Part shown: positions 29,063-40,900 of the stretch, piece by piece
Position numbering within the stretch: position 1 is the stretch's first letter
Layout of the letters: every line of letters begins with the position of its first letter
Assembly (NCBI RefSeq): GCF_964204645.1
Contig: NC_134025.1
Location: forward strand, 27,632,299 to 27,696,298
Reading direction: 5' to 3'
Origin: Tubulanus polymorphus
Taxonomy: Eukaryota; Animalia; Nemertea
Length of the DNA stretch: 64,000 bases
The notes under the pieces: generated by a model
What the model was told of the DNA's origin: nothing
Databases searched by the model: none
What the model saw: only the letters and a program-made list of their open reading frames with translations
Program-made: the position numbers and the translations under genes

Positions 29063-30332
29063 CATTTTCTCTGACAGAAACTAAAATAAAAATCAAAGCT
29101 TTATCTCATATGTAGACAGTAAAAATAGATGTCCATGGTTATCAACACCACAATGCAATCAGGGCAACTTTAATTAAAAGTGTGAAAAAATCAATACATA
29201 GAGCGCTGATATTTTCCAACAACAACAAAAGAAAACCTTATTTCATAGAAACGTTTAGACAAATCCATGAGACATAAAGTATGACTAATTTTATAGCGGC
29301 ACCCTAATAAAGAAAAACAATTTAAGAGAGATACTTAACCCACATCACAAAAGACACTAAATATTTAAACTAAAAGGCTGCCTGTACATATAGACTGTAT
29401 GGCCTTCTTTGATGATAAATAATGACACGATACGATGAATATTATCAATATCATTAAAATTACCTTGATTAAAGGAGGTTTTCAGCGATAAATCAAATAA
29501 TGATGGACATTTTTTATAAATGAATTTTATAATTGTATTCGTTTCATCTGTGCACGAGCCGGGGAGAAAAAATATGTAATTGTACTTGAAGACTTATCAA
29601 TTGGGTTGACAGTCATCACGTTGTATGCCGGATATTGATAGAAAAGCAATCAGGCAACTACAGCTAATAGCAATATGAATGGTGAATTCTTCAATATGCT
29701 CAACATCTGGTACTTAAAATTCATAGCCATAGAAACACACAGCGTCTATTAGGACTATGAATCTATAAATATCAACATTACTATTACTTGTTAACAGAGG
29801 GACATGTGTTGTTTGTTATGAAATATTCTTTTTTGAAATATTAACTTGTCTGTCGCCACAATTATTGCAGACATTCTAAAAGTAGTGCACATGGTTTTTA
29901 GATTAGCCTGTATGATCATTCACTGGTACAGAGAAATACTTGAAATATATATTCTGTTCTTTCTCAATTGGACCTAGGGATCATGTTATCAATAGAATGA
30001 ATTTTTTGAAAATGAAATTGATGTTTCAGATAAGTTCCTAAAAAACAAAAGTAAGATAGGGCCTACTAGAAAGATATCATTGAAAAGACTAGAGGCTTTT
30101 CTAATCTCAAAATTACATACCAATAAGGTTTATTTCATAACACAAAATCAACTTGGAAAATTGAGCTTACTTCAGGATTTGTATTTTGAATCAGACAGTA
30201 GAATAAATTACACTCTAACGGTTAGTTAGGACATCCGAATATACTAAATTGAATTGAATTGGACGGACGCCTTGTCCGTGTGCAATTGTAAATTAGTGCT
30301 ACGTTAAATGAGACGAAATTTCATCTTGTAAT

Positions 30333-30570
30333 ACTTACACCTAACCTCTTGGCGAGTAATTAGTTGTTGTCACATGGAAATTCTATGCTTCTACGGACGG
30401 TTTATTCTTTAAAACGTATACAATTTACTTCCTGGTTTTGCTTCCGGGTTGACAAATCGAGTCCAGCGAGTTTGGCTCACTTGCCAGCGATGGGAATGTA
30501 CTGTCGGACTCGTAATGTAAACGACGCGTTTCAATTAATTTCAAGTCTTGTTTACGCAGACGCCATGTAG
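30333..30570 (-). promoter_or_regulatory. Candidate promoter/first non-coding exon of dispatched
   Basis: Minus-strand GTAAGT donor at 30338-30333, CpG-richer segment with ETS-like CCGGAAG/AGGAAGT motifs near 30427-30447. Confidence 0.3.
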
Positions 30571-30914
30571 ACGATACCTAGTTTAGAAAGTGCAGAAAAG
30601 TCTAAACCATTTCAATCTGGTGATGACTGACACGCATATTTACACTATTTCATGTGCGCTTTGTAGACCCGTCAGTCATAGGCTCCCAATTTTGAAATAG
30701 ACACTTCTGGCTACTTTGAGAGTCAGGCTTTCCCAGCAAGGATTTGATTTCAACTTGGAGCTGTCTATAGATGGATCGAAATGCGATTTGACAATCTATA
30801 TTAAACTCATTGACCGATTGAGTAGGACAAAACAGACATATTCGGTAAAATCACGATTGATAGAACACTATATCCGTGTTGACGCGATGTAGAGAGAATC
30901 CCATAATGATAACT

Positions 30915-31494
30915 AAAAAGTCCGATAATGAAACTTCGAGATAGTAGTTTATTTCAACGTTTCGACTATATCCTAATAGTCATCTTCAGGAATAATGAGA
31001 AACTACAAAAATTATGAGATATATATACAATCCAGAGACAAAGAGACTAATTCAAGTAATCAGAGATGATACAAACTAAAGGAAAATTAACGTAGAAACA
31101 GTCACACGCTAAAATAGATTCAGTAGTAAAATCAGTAGTTGAAATCAGTAGTAAAAAGACAAACTAGGGGGCACTTAAATTAAAACAATGGTGAATACAA
31201 GTTGAGAGACTAAAATAGATGAGAGAACAGATAACAAATAATCAAGGGGAATCAAGTGTTGAGTTTAACCAGTTTACAGAGGAATTTAGATATAAGTTTA
31301 TTATGGGGTGAAAAACCATTGTTTAGGTTTACAACGTTGTTAGAATTTTCAATTATTAATGCAGATTCCGAAATATGTCTTTTAGTTTTATCGCTGCAAG
31401 GGTAAATTAATTCAGCATTAGCGAAATCAAAATTGTGTGAAGTCTGAAACGTTGAAATAAACTACTATCTCGAAGTTTCATTTTCGGATTTTTT
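30915..31494 (-). mobile_element. 5'-truncated Penelope-like retroelement (GIY-YIG C-terminus + pLTR with inverted partial copy)
   Basis: Minus frame 31449-31252 reads FQTSHNFDFANAELIYPCSDKTKRHISESALIIENSNNVVNLNNGF...* (HxFDF..R..ES..I..N..G end of PLE GIY-YIG endonuclease); 49-bp inverted repeats 30915-30963 and 31446-31494 (2 mismatches). Confidence 0.85.
30949..30995 (-). ncRNA. Minimal type I hammerhead ribozyme motif in the PLE pLTR
   Basis: Minus strand UUAUUC-CUGAAGA-U-GACUAU[UAGGAU]AUAGUC-GAAA-CGUU-GAAAUAA: CUGANGA/GAAA core, perfect 6-bp stem II, palindromic AACGUU stem III, short stem I. Confidence 0.7.
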
Positions 31495-32047
31495 CGTTAT
31501 AATTGTGGGATTCTCTCTACATATTCGGTAAAACCTTTTCTACATCTTGACGATAGAAAACGAAATGAAACATCGAAATTATTTTGAGTGTTTCCGGATA
31601 GATTTGTTATCAGTAAAGTAGGTATACGTTTTTTGGAAACCATCATATTTGGTAAATGAACAAGTGGTTGTGTGCGCAATTAGTATCATGTCTGACATCA
31701 GTGGTACAACTCTGAAACAACAAGCGAAACTTCTCCAGTTACAATCTTGGAAAAATCCTGCATTGAAAACATTTTCAACGGGACCAGTCATAAACCCCCG
31801 CCCATAAACCTTACTCAAGAGCTGTTGAGGTTGAAAAAATTGAGAAAATCTTGAAATATCCAAGGTAGGTAAGGTATATATATATATTCGTGATATTGCC
31901 TTGCAATTTTTCTACCCTATCATCAACTTGTACCTCGGGGTAAAATATACCAGCGCGAAGTCTACAAATTACTACCTGCTACTGAAAGTTTAGGAGGAAT
32001 ATTTTAAGCTGTAAGTTCAGTGGGCGTAAGGAGCCGCTAGACGAACG

Positions 32048-33142
32048 ATGAGCGATTCAAACACTACCATTCTGTCAACGTTTACCACAAAACCAGTCTA
32101 TTATGGAATTTGCGAGCATGTTCAGGCCACCAAGCCAATTCGTTTGAAACACAAAATCAGCGTTTATATGTACATTTTCTTTTTCGGACCCGTCACACTA
32201 TTGGCCATCACTTTGAATATCATAACGATTTTAGTCTTGAAAAAGATGAACAAAGAAGTTTACTATTTACTCAAAGCTCTCGCTATTTTCGATATATGTT
32301 ATTCATCGAGTGTGTTTGTCATGTACCCTCTACGCGCAGTTCACCTCTATATTCATTTAGGGGATGTCATTTTGCGTGTGGATGACTGGAACTTTGGCTG
32401 GGAGTTCATACAAGTTGCGTTAGGACCGTATTATATGTTTCAACAGACCAGAAACTGGTGCGTTGTTCTTATCAGTTTAGAACGACTCGTAATTTCAATT
32501 TTCCCGTTGAAATCTAGATTGTTCTGGACACGAAAAGTAGTGAACTGTATATTATTTTTCATGAATGTTTTCAGTTTCTGTTTTTTCCTACCGTTGTTTA
32601 TTCCAAATCGAGCTCTTAAACCGACAATATGCCTTCACAACCCGCCTACTCTAAGGCGAGGCAGGCATTTCGCTTACTATCGCCCTATTTTGCATGATTG
32701 GGCAAGCAGTTCATCAAGCTGGAGGGGCACAGTAACTAATATCATCGCTCCTTTGATCGCGCTGTTAGGTGTAAACATCATTCTGATTGTGGCTTTGACT
32801 GTGATCAAATTTTCAACAATTGGTAAAAGTCGTGCAGCAATAAAGAACCAAACTTCCAACACGTTAGAGTTACGTGCATTGAGAATGTCGTTTGCTCTTG
32901 TTGTTGTGTTTTTCGGGTGTGAATCAATGATATTTATCGAAAAATTTCAGTATTCGAAACACCATTTAAAACTCATTCTTATAGGTAATTTAAGTCGTTT
33001 CGAGACGCTGATGCTTCAGCGAAAACTCGCCATCGGTCTAACTGCCGTAGATTCATGTATGAACTTTTTAGTCTATTGTTTGTCTAATAGCAAATTCAGA
33101 CTGGCTGTTGCTGAGTTGACGAAGCAGAAATGTAAGCACTAA
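32048..33142 (+). CDS. Intronless rhodopsin-class GPCR, FMRFamide-receptor-like/Srw chemoreceptor-type (364 aa)
   Basis: Seven hydrophobic segments; N-glycosylation NTT; LN..TI.VL (TM1), YLLKALAIFD (TM2), W..V.ISLERL....FPLK (TM3/ICL2), DSCMNFLVYCL.N.KFR (TM7/H8). Confidence 0.88.
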   Translation: MSDSNTTILSTFTTKPVYYGICEHVQATKPIRLKHKISVYMYIFFFGPVTLLAITLNIITILVLKKMNKEVYYLLKALAIFDICYSSSVFVMYPLRAVHLYIHLGDVILRVDDWNFGWEFIQVALGPYYMFQQTRNWCVVLISLERLVISIFPLKSRLFWTRKVVNCILFFMNVFSFCFFLPLFIPNRALKPTICLHNPPTLRRGRHFAYYRPILHDWASSSSSWRGTVTNIIAPLIALLGVNIILIVALTVIKFSTIGKSRAAIKNQTSNTLELRALRMSFALVVVFFGCESMIFIEKFQYSKHHLKLILIGNLSRFETLMLQRKLAIGLTAVDSCMNFLVYCLSNSKFRLAVAELTKQKCKH

Positions 33143-33335
33143 GGCTGGCTTATGTCGACATGCAACGCGACGCCTACCGACTCCTACCGACGCAACTGAC
33201 AGCGACCGCGATCGCAGCCCAGCTTATGTCGACTGCGCTCCGATTCGCAGCAACTGAGGCCGACAGCGGGATACGAGATCCTCCCAGTTGCTTCTTCTGC
33301 TTATGTCGGTTACGATTACTGGCAACTGCAACGGC
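33142..33335 (+). mobile_element. Truncated MITE of the same family as 16752-17190
   Basis: Begins AGGCTGGCTTATGTCGACATGC (18/22 identical to the TIR of the 16752-17190 element); CTTATGTCG repeated three times; no right TIR seen. Confidence 0.55.
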
Positions 33336-33351
33336 TCAGATAAAGGATTTA

Positions 33352-33463
33352 TGGGATTAGAGTTTAGGGGGTAAGGGTTTAAGGGGTTAGGGTTTAGATT
33401 TATAGGGTTTATAAGATTGGGGTTGATAGGGTTAGGGTTTGGAGGGTTAGATAAAGGGTTAGG
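33352..33463 (+). repeat. Degenerate telomere-like (TTAGGG-related) array
   Basis: G/T-skewed tract with three perfect TTAGGG units among degenerate ones. Confidence 0.7.
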
Positions 33464-34184
33464 TGCAGTGTCTTGAGCAAATAAACGTTCCTTACTTTTG
33501 AAATATGAAGCAACCAATGATACAACGAAACAAAGCCGTGAACCTTTGCCTTGCATTGCTGTGACATTGTTCTGTTTTCTGTTATTATTAGATGGAATTA
33601 GTATTTCGCAACATCGTTTCATAGGAACCACCCCTGGCTGCAGAAGTGTTCGTTGCGTTGTTTTTCAATTTCAAAAAGAAAAATAGAATGTTTCTACAAC
33701 GCCAAATTCCTTTTCTAAGGCTAGAAATTACCTTAAGTTTTCCGTTCTGGTGGTGTTCCTAAGTTGAGTTATTTCACTAAGATATCCAACCCTTATCGGT
33801 CATTACGCCCGATCCAAAGCCGCAGTTTCACGATCCTCCACTATGATTTAGCATTTGATCCCTGACAAACAAGCCATGTAGGATCGATACAGAACGGTTG
33901 TTATAAGGTTCAATTTCTTAATGATTTTTTGCCAAAAAAATCCCAACTCGATTGCACTAAAGTTTTCCGCCCAATCGATAGCAGAACAGCGGAGGAGTCA
34001 AAGATTTATTAGTACACGGTTGGAATCCTTATTTTCACAAAAAAGTGTCATGTCACTGTTCCGTCGCCCTTTGACAACCGCGTGTACCGGTTCTAAGAGG
34101 GGTTTATTGCTGCTACTTTTTCTGATAAACCACTGGATCCGCGCGCCAGCGGGACCAGTCTAGCCGAGCGAATTTTGATATAGA

Positions 34185-34500
34185 AGATGGCAGCACCAGT
34201 CGGTGCATCAGTTCAGTATGGAGTTGCGAGTGTGTACTCAGATTTTAGTTAACTCAAAATGTTCAATGATCTGAACGCTTGCACTATTTTACATTAAAAA
34301 ATCTTCATCCTTTTCTATGAAACTGCATTTTGAATGAAAGATTTAAAAGACGAACCTCAGCACACGTTTTATGTTAATTTTAGCAAAAGCTTATAAAAGA
34401 TGTCTTCGATCGATAAACGTAAAAAACACTTGAGTAAACTTATTCGCCGGAAGCGATGACTGGCGCATGTCTACATTGTATACGCGGTATGTTGTTCGGT
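34185..34500 (+). promoter_or_regulatory. Candidate promoter region of the Girdin/Daple gene
   Basis: AAGATGGC (YY1-like) at ~34184 and CCGGAAG (ETS-like) at ~34447 upstream of a TTTAACAG acceptor (~34751) and the ATG at 34908. Confidence 0.35.
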
Positions 34501-34907
34501 TCGTCGATGTAGGGAATTCTGAAAATATTTTACAGAGATTTAAAACAAGTTTATTTTGTAAGTTGATGCAGCGTTCAAGTAGCGTGGAAGGTATTTTGTG
34601 TAATCAGAGGATTAAGCACAATTTCAAGTGATTCACGAGGTTGGCCTTGCATTGTTAGTGGAATTAAGCGGCTGTTAAAAATAAAAAATCATATTTCATT
34701 CAATTTGCGCGGATTTTACGTTCACAGTCACTCGGCAAACTTCTTTAACAGGTGGTCATGCTACTACTGATGTGGTTATGAATTGCTCGAAGCTTTTGGA
34801 TGGAGGAAGCAGAAGAGAATCGGTGTGAAACAATGTTGTAATTGACCCAAATTGGCTGAGAAATTGATAAGGTCTATAAATTAGATTAGATTGATAAAAA
34901 AGCCAAG

Positions 34908-37900
34908 ATGTCAAAGAATATCCTTCAGATCATAGAGTCACCTCTCGTGACATGGGTAAGCCGATATAATCTAAAAATACTGAAGATTGGTTAGAATGTT
35001 TTAAATAGAAATCTTTGTTGTAGTATAACTTGTTGAATGTGATAGATTGAACTGTGTTTTATTATGATTGCTGATCTTTATTTCAGATGCAGACCTTCGA
35101 TAAGCATTACAAATTGGATTATGAAGGTTTGGTCGATGGTGTTTATGTTCAAGAGGTTATGTGTCACATGTGAGTATATAACATATTTTCGATGTTAATA
35201 AATAAGTCATTCTACGCTGTAATCAAATGGCATTTCCTGAATGAATGAAAGCCTTATTTCACCTCATATCCTGCCATGCATGACAATGAAATTAGATTCC
35301 GAATGTCAAAATAACAATTTCTTAATTGGGTTATCATCAGAAATTTCACCCAAACCACCCACCCAGATCCTAAGCACCTATTGACGATGAAATTGATTTT
35401 AGTGCGATTAGATTTAAGATACAAAAATGATGCGCTGTTTATTGACGAGACACGCATTGCTCGCATTACCTTGTTGCTAGCAAACTGCAGTGTAACAATC
35501 CATTGTGAAAAATGGAGTCATTTTTGCCAATTCTACAATCGGAATGAACATAATAATGAGAAAACTTGATATCTTAGGTTTGTAATGATAGTTTATTTTT
35601 CACAGTCGGTTTGAAGTCACAGTGTTTTAAAAGTATCAAGAAAATGTTGTTCTATCTGTGGTAACATCAGACACTCAGGTTCTCGGTGATCAGAAAATTA
35701 GTGTTGATAAACTACTAAGCAATTCCCGTGCTTTTAACGCAGATGTTTCCTTATACTCCAATCAATGATGTAGTGCATAGTCAAATGAATATATTCTTTG
35801 CTTCCTATTTTCCAGCGACCCTCGTGCTAAAGCCGATGCTATTCATCAAGTTGTCGAAGAAAGTTCCGAACGTCTTTTGAACTGGGAAATAATCTTGAAA
35901 AACATCAAGAGCTATTACGAGGTAATCTTCGACCAATCTTTCACGTTGCCCATGATTTGTGAAAATATTCTATAGCTAGCACTATTTCTATTTGTGTCAA
36001 GTAATCTTTTATTTCTGGGTTAAGTGACCACAATAAAAAATATAGATTTGCCCCCTAATTATAACTAAATAGGTGCCACTTCGAATGGTTATTCATTCAT
36101 TGCTTTTGATATCGGTCGTTAATGATATAGAAATTGCCCGTAATAGTGAGGTCAGCGTTTAATAAAAATCATTAGTCACGGAAATCTATGAAATTAGTTA
36201 TCCAATTAAATCCAGTTCACTTTCGCAAACAAAGCTATTAACAAACTGAATGAAAGCATTTACCACCAGGCAAAGTTGAGCTGACTGAGAAACCTTTGTA
36301 CTTTGAGTTTTGGACTTATTTTTGAATGAATGAAAAGGTGTTTTACTTGTGTGTACCACAGTAATGCATAAATCTATGTTTGTTTCGGTTTTCTTTATTT
36401 AGTTAATTGTAATCAGCTGTCAGAATGTGTATTGTCAATGTCAATGTACTCATTTTATTTGAAATCTTAGTCACAAATTTGGTTCTGATACCTTAGATTG
36501 TGTCGGGGAAAGTGTCAAGAAATTTGTGTTACTTTTCCATTTGTCCTATATTTTCTCGAGTCCTGTTCTTTTTTCATAGTTTACTTATCAATAGGGATCT
36601 GTTGGGATCTTCAATTATGGACCACCTATGAATTGATTGCTTGTTCAATGTTCGGCATTTCTGCGAAAAACATTCTGAAACTTCGCTGCTGGTGTATAGA
36701 CAAACAACTCAATTTACCGAACTGATAGTTTGCGGACTGTGAGAAATTAAGTGTCATCGCAATCGTTACACCTGCAGCGACCGGAGTGTACAATTACTGG
36801 GACCATTAGGATCCGTAGGAAATGTCGATAATTTGACACTAAATAATAGTTATGAGTAATGACTACGGTCCCCATGTGGTAAAAGAATTCAACCACAATA
36901 AGTGTGAACAAGTTGTACCTAAGCACACATTCATTCAGATCATTCAAACTATGATTTATAGAATTTTTTTACACTCTATTATCCATTTGATTTCGACTGC
37001 TATTGAATTGCACTCTCACTTTTCTTTATTTGACTCGGATAAGGAATACGCAATTTAGCCTCATTTTGTATTATAACTAGAATAGAATTAAATCCATTCT
37101 GCTGAACTCTAGATATTTTCTATTACGTATGCCACAAAGATGCAACATATTTTACAAGTTTGCATCTAGACTGAATTTTGTTATTCCTTTATGTGAACAT
37201 GTTGTAGGCCTTCTAGAGTTTTGCTTTGTAAAGCATTTACGCATATTCAGCAGGGGTCCCATCTTGTTGGGCTTTGATCACATAATTTTTTAATTTCCAT
37301 TATGCAAGCTCTAGTGAATAACAATAGTTTCTGAACAGTCATGAGCCTCCCGCCGCATGCGTTGTTGTGCCAAGTGCTAGGAAGAGTTATTCATTATCAT
37401 GGAAATGATATTTCAAAGAAAGAAAAAAAAACAAGAAATGGAAATTACTTTTCTTTGTTGTTTTCTCCCTATAGCAATATAAACCTTTCATTACTAGCGA
37501 GATTGATTATCAGCACTACTGTTTAACTAGAGTCACTGCAATTCTATTGATAACGATGGAAATATATATATATATAGATTATTGATCTGAACATGGTATT
37601 GAATATGATTTCATTGATCGATTGGTGATTGATTATAAGTCCGATCAAATGCAGTTTCCCTTCCCTTTTTATCATACGTTTACGAACATACCTGTAATTT
37701 CTTAATAACTACTTTAATCAACTCTGAATTCAATATTCCTCCTATCCGTGTTTATCTATAAGAAGTAATGATTTGTTGATTTACCTGTTTAGTGTAAATA
37801 ATTGCAGAATTCGTTCTCTGTTTCGATTTCAGGATGTTCTACAGCAACTGATTATTATGCCGCTACCTAATGTTATGACAATCAGTAGATCACCGGATTC

Positions 37901-40900
37901 TGGTAAGCTTCTTATCTTTGCGAAGTTGAGAACGTTTATTTTCATTAACGTGGTTCGTGTTGTTATTGCTCTTGATTAAATTTCGAGTTAGATCATGATA
38001 TTTTCAATTATATGCCTCATGTAAGTGTTTGTTCATGATCCCCAATTACTCTAAAAACAGATATACTTCATGCAGAAAACATTAATTGGGAAGAGTACTT
38101 TTTAAATAGTTGATTGTAGTAATTCTGAGTCTGAAGTATCCGATCACCGAGTATAGTACTTGTATTTACTAGGCCTAGAAACGTTTAAATTTACACATTT
38201 ACTGTTTCGTTTTTCAGATTCCGCTCATGATGAAATAAAGAAATTTCTACTGCTGGTTCTGGGATGCGCCGTCCAGTGCGAGAGAAAAGGAGAATTTATC
38301 GACAACATCAAACAGTTAGATATAGAAACTCAGGCGGCTATCGTCGAATGCATCAAAGAGGTAGGGCACCGTAGTGCAAGCATACTTCAACGATAAAACA
38401 TCACTAGTTGCCATAGAGATTCAATAATACTATGAAAAGTATATATCGACAAACTTATTAAACGGCTCTGAAGCTTTTTCCGACTGTAGACGAGCTTCCT
38501 GAAAAGATTGCCCTATAAAAAACGCGGTAGCGTTATAATTAAGTTACCGGGTAGTTTGTCACCCGTATATCCGTATTGGAGTTTATTCTTCGCGAATCCT
38601 GGGGGAAATTATTCCAAACCGAACCAATTTCACTGAAAATAATGTTCGGATTATTATTTCTCATTGTGAAAAATTCTTCGTGTCATTCAATTTCCGGCAG
38701 CCATTCATCGCGCGAAGAAAAGATCGTATAGCTGTTTTTTTTTTCTCTCGTGACGTTTTTCGACGTAACGATACATGTTTAGAACAAAGATATTGTTAGA
38801 ATGTTCAGGGCGTTTTGTTTATAACGCTAGAAAGAAGTGTGTTAATACTTTCAAAGGAAGATTTATGCGCGGAATTTATCTTCGTGGCCTTCGCAATGTG
38901 GGGAAATCGGTTCAACAGAACAATAATTATTGTGTGAGAATAAAGCTTTATTAAGGCTATGATTAATGATTGTTACAAAAGCAGTGCCGGTCTGTTTGCT
39001 TTCTGATCGGGGTAAAGTGAATTCCACCGGGTAGAGCTATGTACTATTCATTCCTAATATACACAAAGACCAATAATACAAGAATTAGTCATTAAACAGA
39101 GTAAAGTAAATCCAGAAACACAGCGCGTCTATACTACTAAGTCCCTTCGTAATAGCCTTATCGCACGATCAGACAATATTTTTGAAGTAAACGAAATTTT
39201 CCTCGTTCTAGATATAGCAGATATCGGGAAGTTCAATGAACAATACGAACATGATAACAAGAGTAGGCTACCTAATAAAATTTCATACCTATTCTAGAAA
39301 TTGAATGCATTGAATACTGATAAATGATTCGATTCTCTATTGAAATGAATTTTTTGTATCATAAATCAAGGGGGTCTAGCCTAAAGACTCGCTTCAGTGG
39401 TGGCATATAACTGTTTATGTAACGATGCTGGGACATGTACACAGGGCGGGACAGGTTTACAGTATTAGTCACCTTATTGTTCATTTGTGAATATTAAATA
39501 TAACAATCAGATGGCAATAGAGTAGAGTAGATATCCCGCGATTTATCCAGTCCTGAGCTGGCACACGCCTGTACAATTCCCACTCAACCAGTTAACAATA
39601 CCACGTGAAATAGCAGATGTGAAACACAGAACGTTTTCAATACATTTTAATGACCTTTCATGTCTGTCAGATGGATTCACTTGATCCATACGCGACCATA
39701 ATAATGTTTACCTTTATAGTGAATCTATGATCCCCTGAGGAGTTTCGATTGTCTGAAACAACGTATTGTTCGCAGATCAATGAAATCTTTGTGTTTATTT
39801 CAACTTCAGATAACGGATGATAAAAAGAATGTTTGCACCATCGACATAGCATCTCAAGGTGTTACAGATGATACGAAAAATGTCTACAATCAACTGAAAT
39901 CCGTCCTTAGGGAAAGAGATATTTACCTAGATGTACGTCAATAATTAGTTGTTTTTGTTGTAAAAACTTCAAACTTTAGCTAATTCATTCTCCATTATTT
40001 CATCGATTATTAGGAAATCAAAGATTTAACTCAAAGTTTAGATCAGTGTCAAGATCAATTGGATGCCGCTCAGAAAGCCACGGGTAACATCAATCTCAAT
40101 GTTCCGTTAACAACGTCCCCTAAAACTCAGGAAAAACATCATCTCGGAGTTGAATTAGCTGATTCGAAAGCCAAACTCAGACGCTTACGACAGGAGATGT
40201 AAGAATTTTGAAATATTCATATATATATAACTTAACACTTGGACATGATATTCCAGAATTGGATTTCATGTTCGATTGTTACGAGTTGCTAACATCTGTT
40301 GTGATAAAGGTTTATCAGGTTTCTACTGATAAAGGGTACGAGATAAAATATAAAACTGTCTAAAATATAAAACTGTCGTCCATGATCTTGTACTTGTAAA
40401 AATGTTTGGAGAGTTTCCAGATGGTCAGATCATCATATTCTTATTTTGGATGTATTTTATTTGTTATCAGAGAAGACAAAAATGAAGTTACGCAAGAATT
40501 GAGAGATGAAGTTGAAGATCTGAATGCTACATTAACAAGACTTCGTAATGAGGTATCTATCGTTTAGAATTTTCCATTTCAACGAGTGAAAAGAATAGAC
40601 CTGTTGTAACCTTTTTTGATGTCGTTTAGAATTTAGCACTGTCACAAGATGCTAGGGCAGCACGAGCTTACCGTGATGAGATCGATGCATTAAAAGAGAA
40701 GGCTAACAGAGCTGAGAAACATGAATCTGAAATCAACAAATACAAGGAGAAATTGAACGAATTGGAATTTTATAAGTCCAGAGTCGAGGTCAGTAATCAA
40801 ACCCGGTTCTGGCGTTCTTTATCTTCGTAGAATGAATGAAATGATTAAAGAGGTGAATGTTGTTTATTTCGGTAGGAATTGCGAGCTGACAATCTGATAG

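Noticed and set aside
33224-33631. 135-aa minus ORF with PNP repeats
   Set aside because: Translation of the telomere-like tract and MITE.
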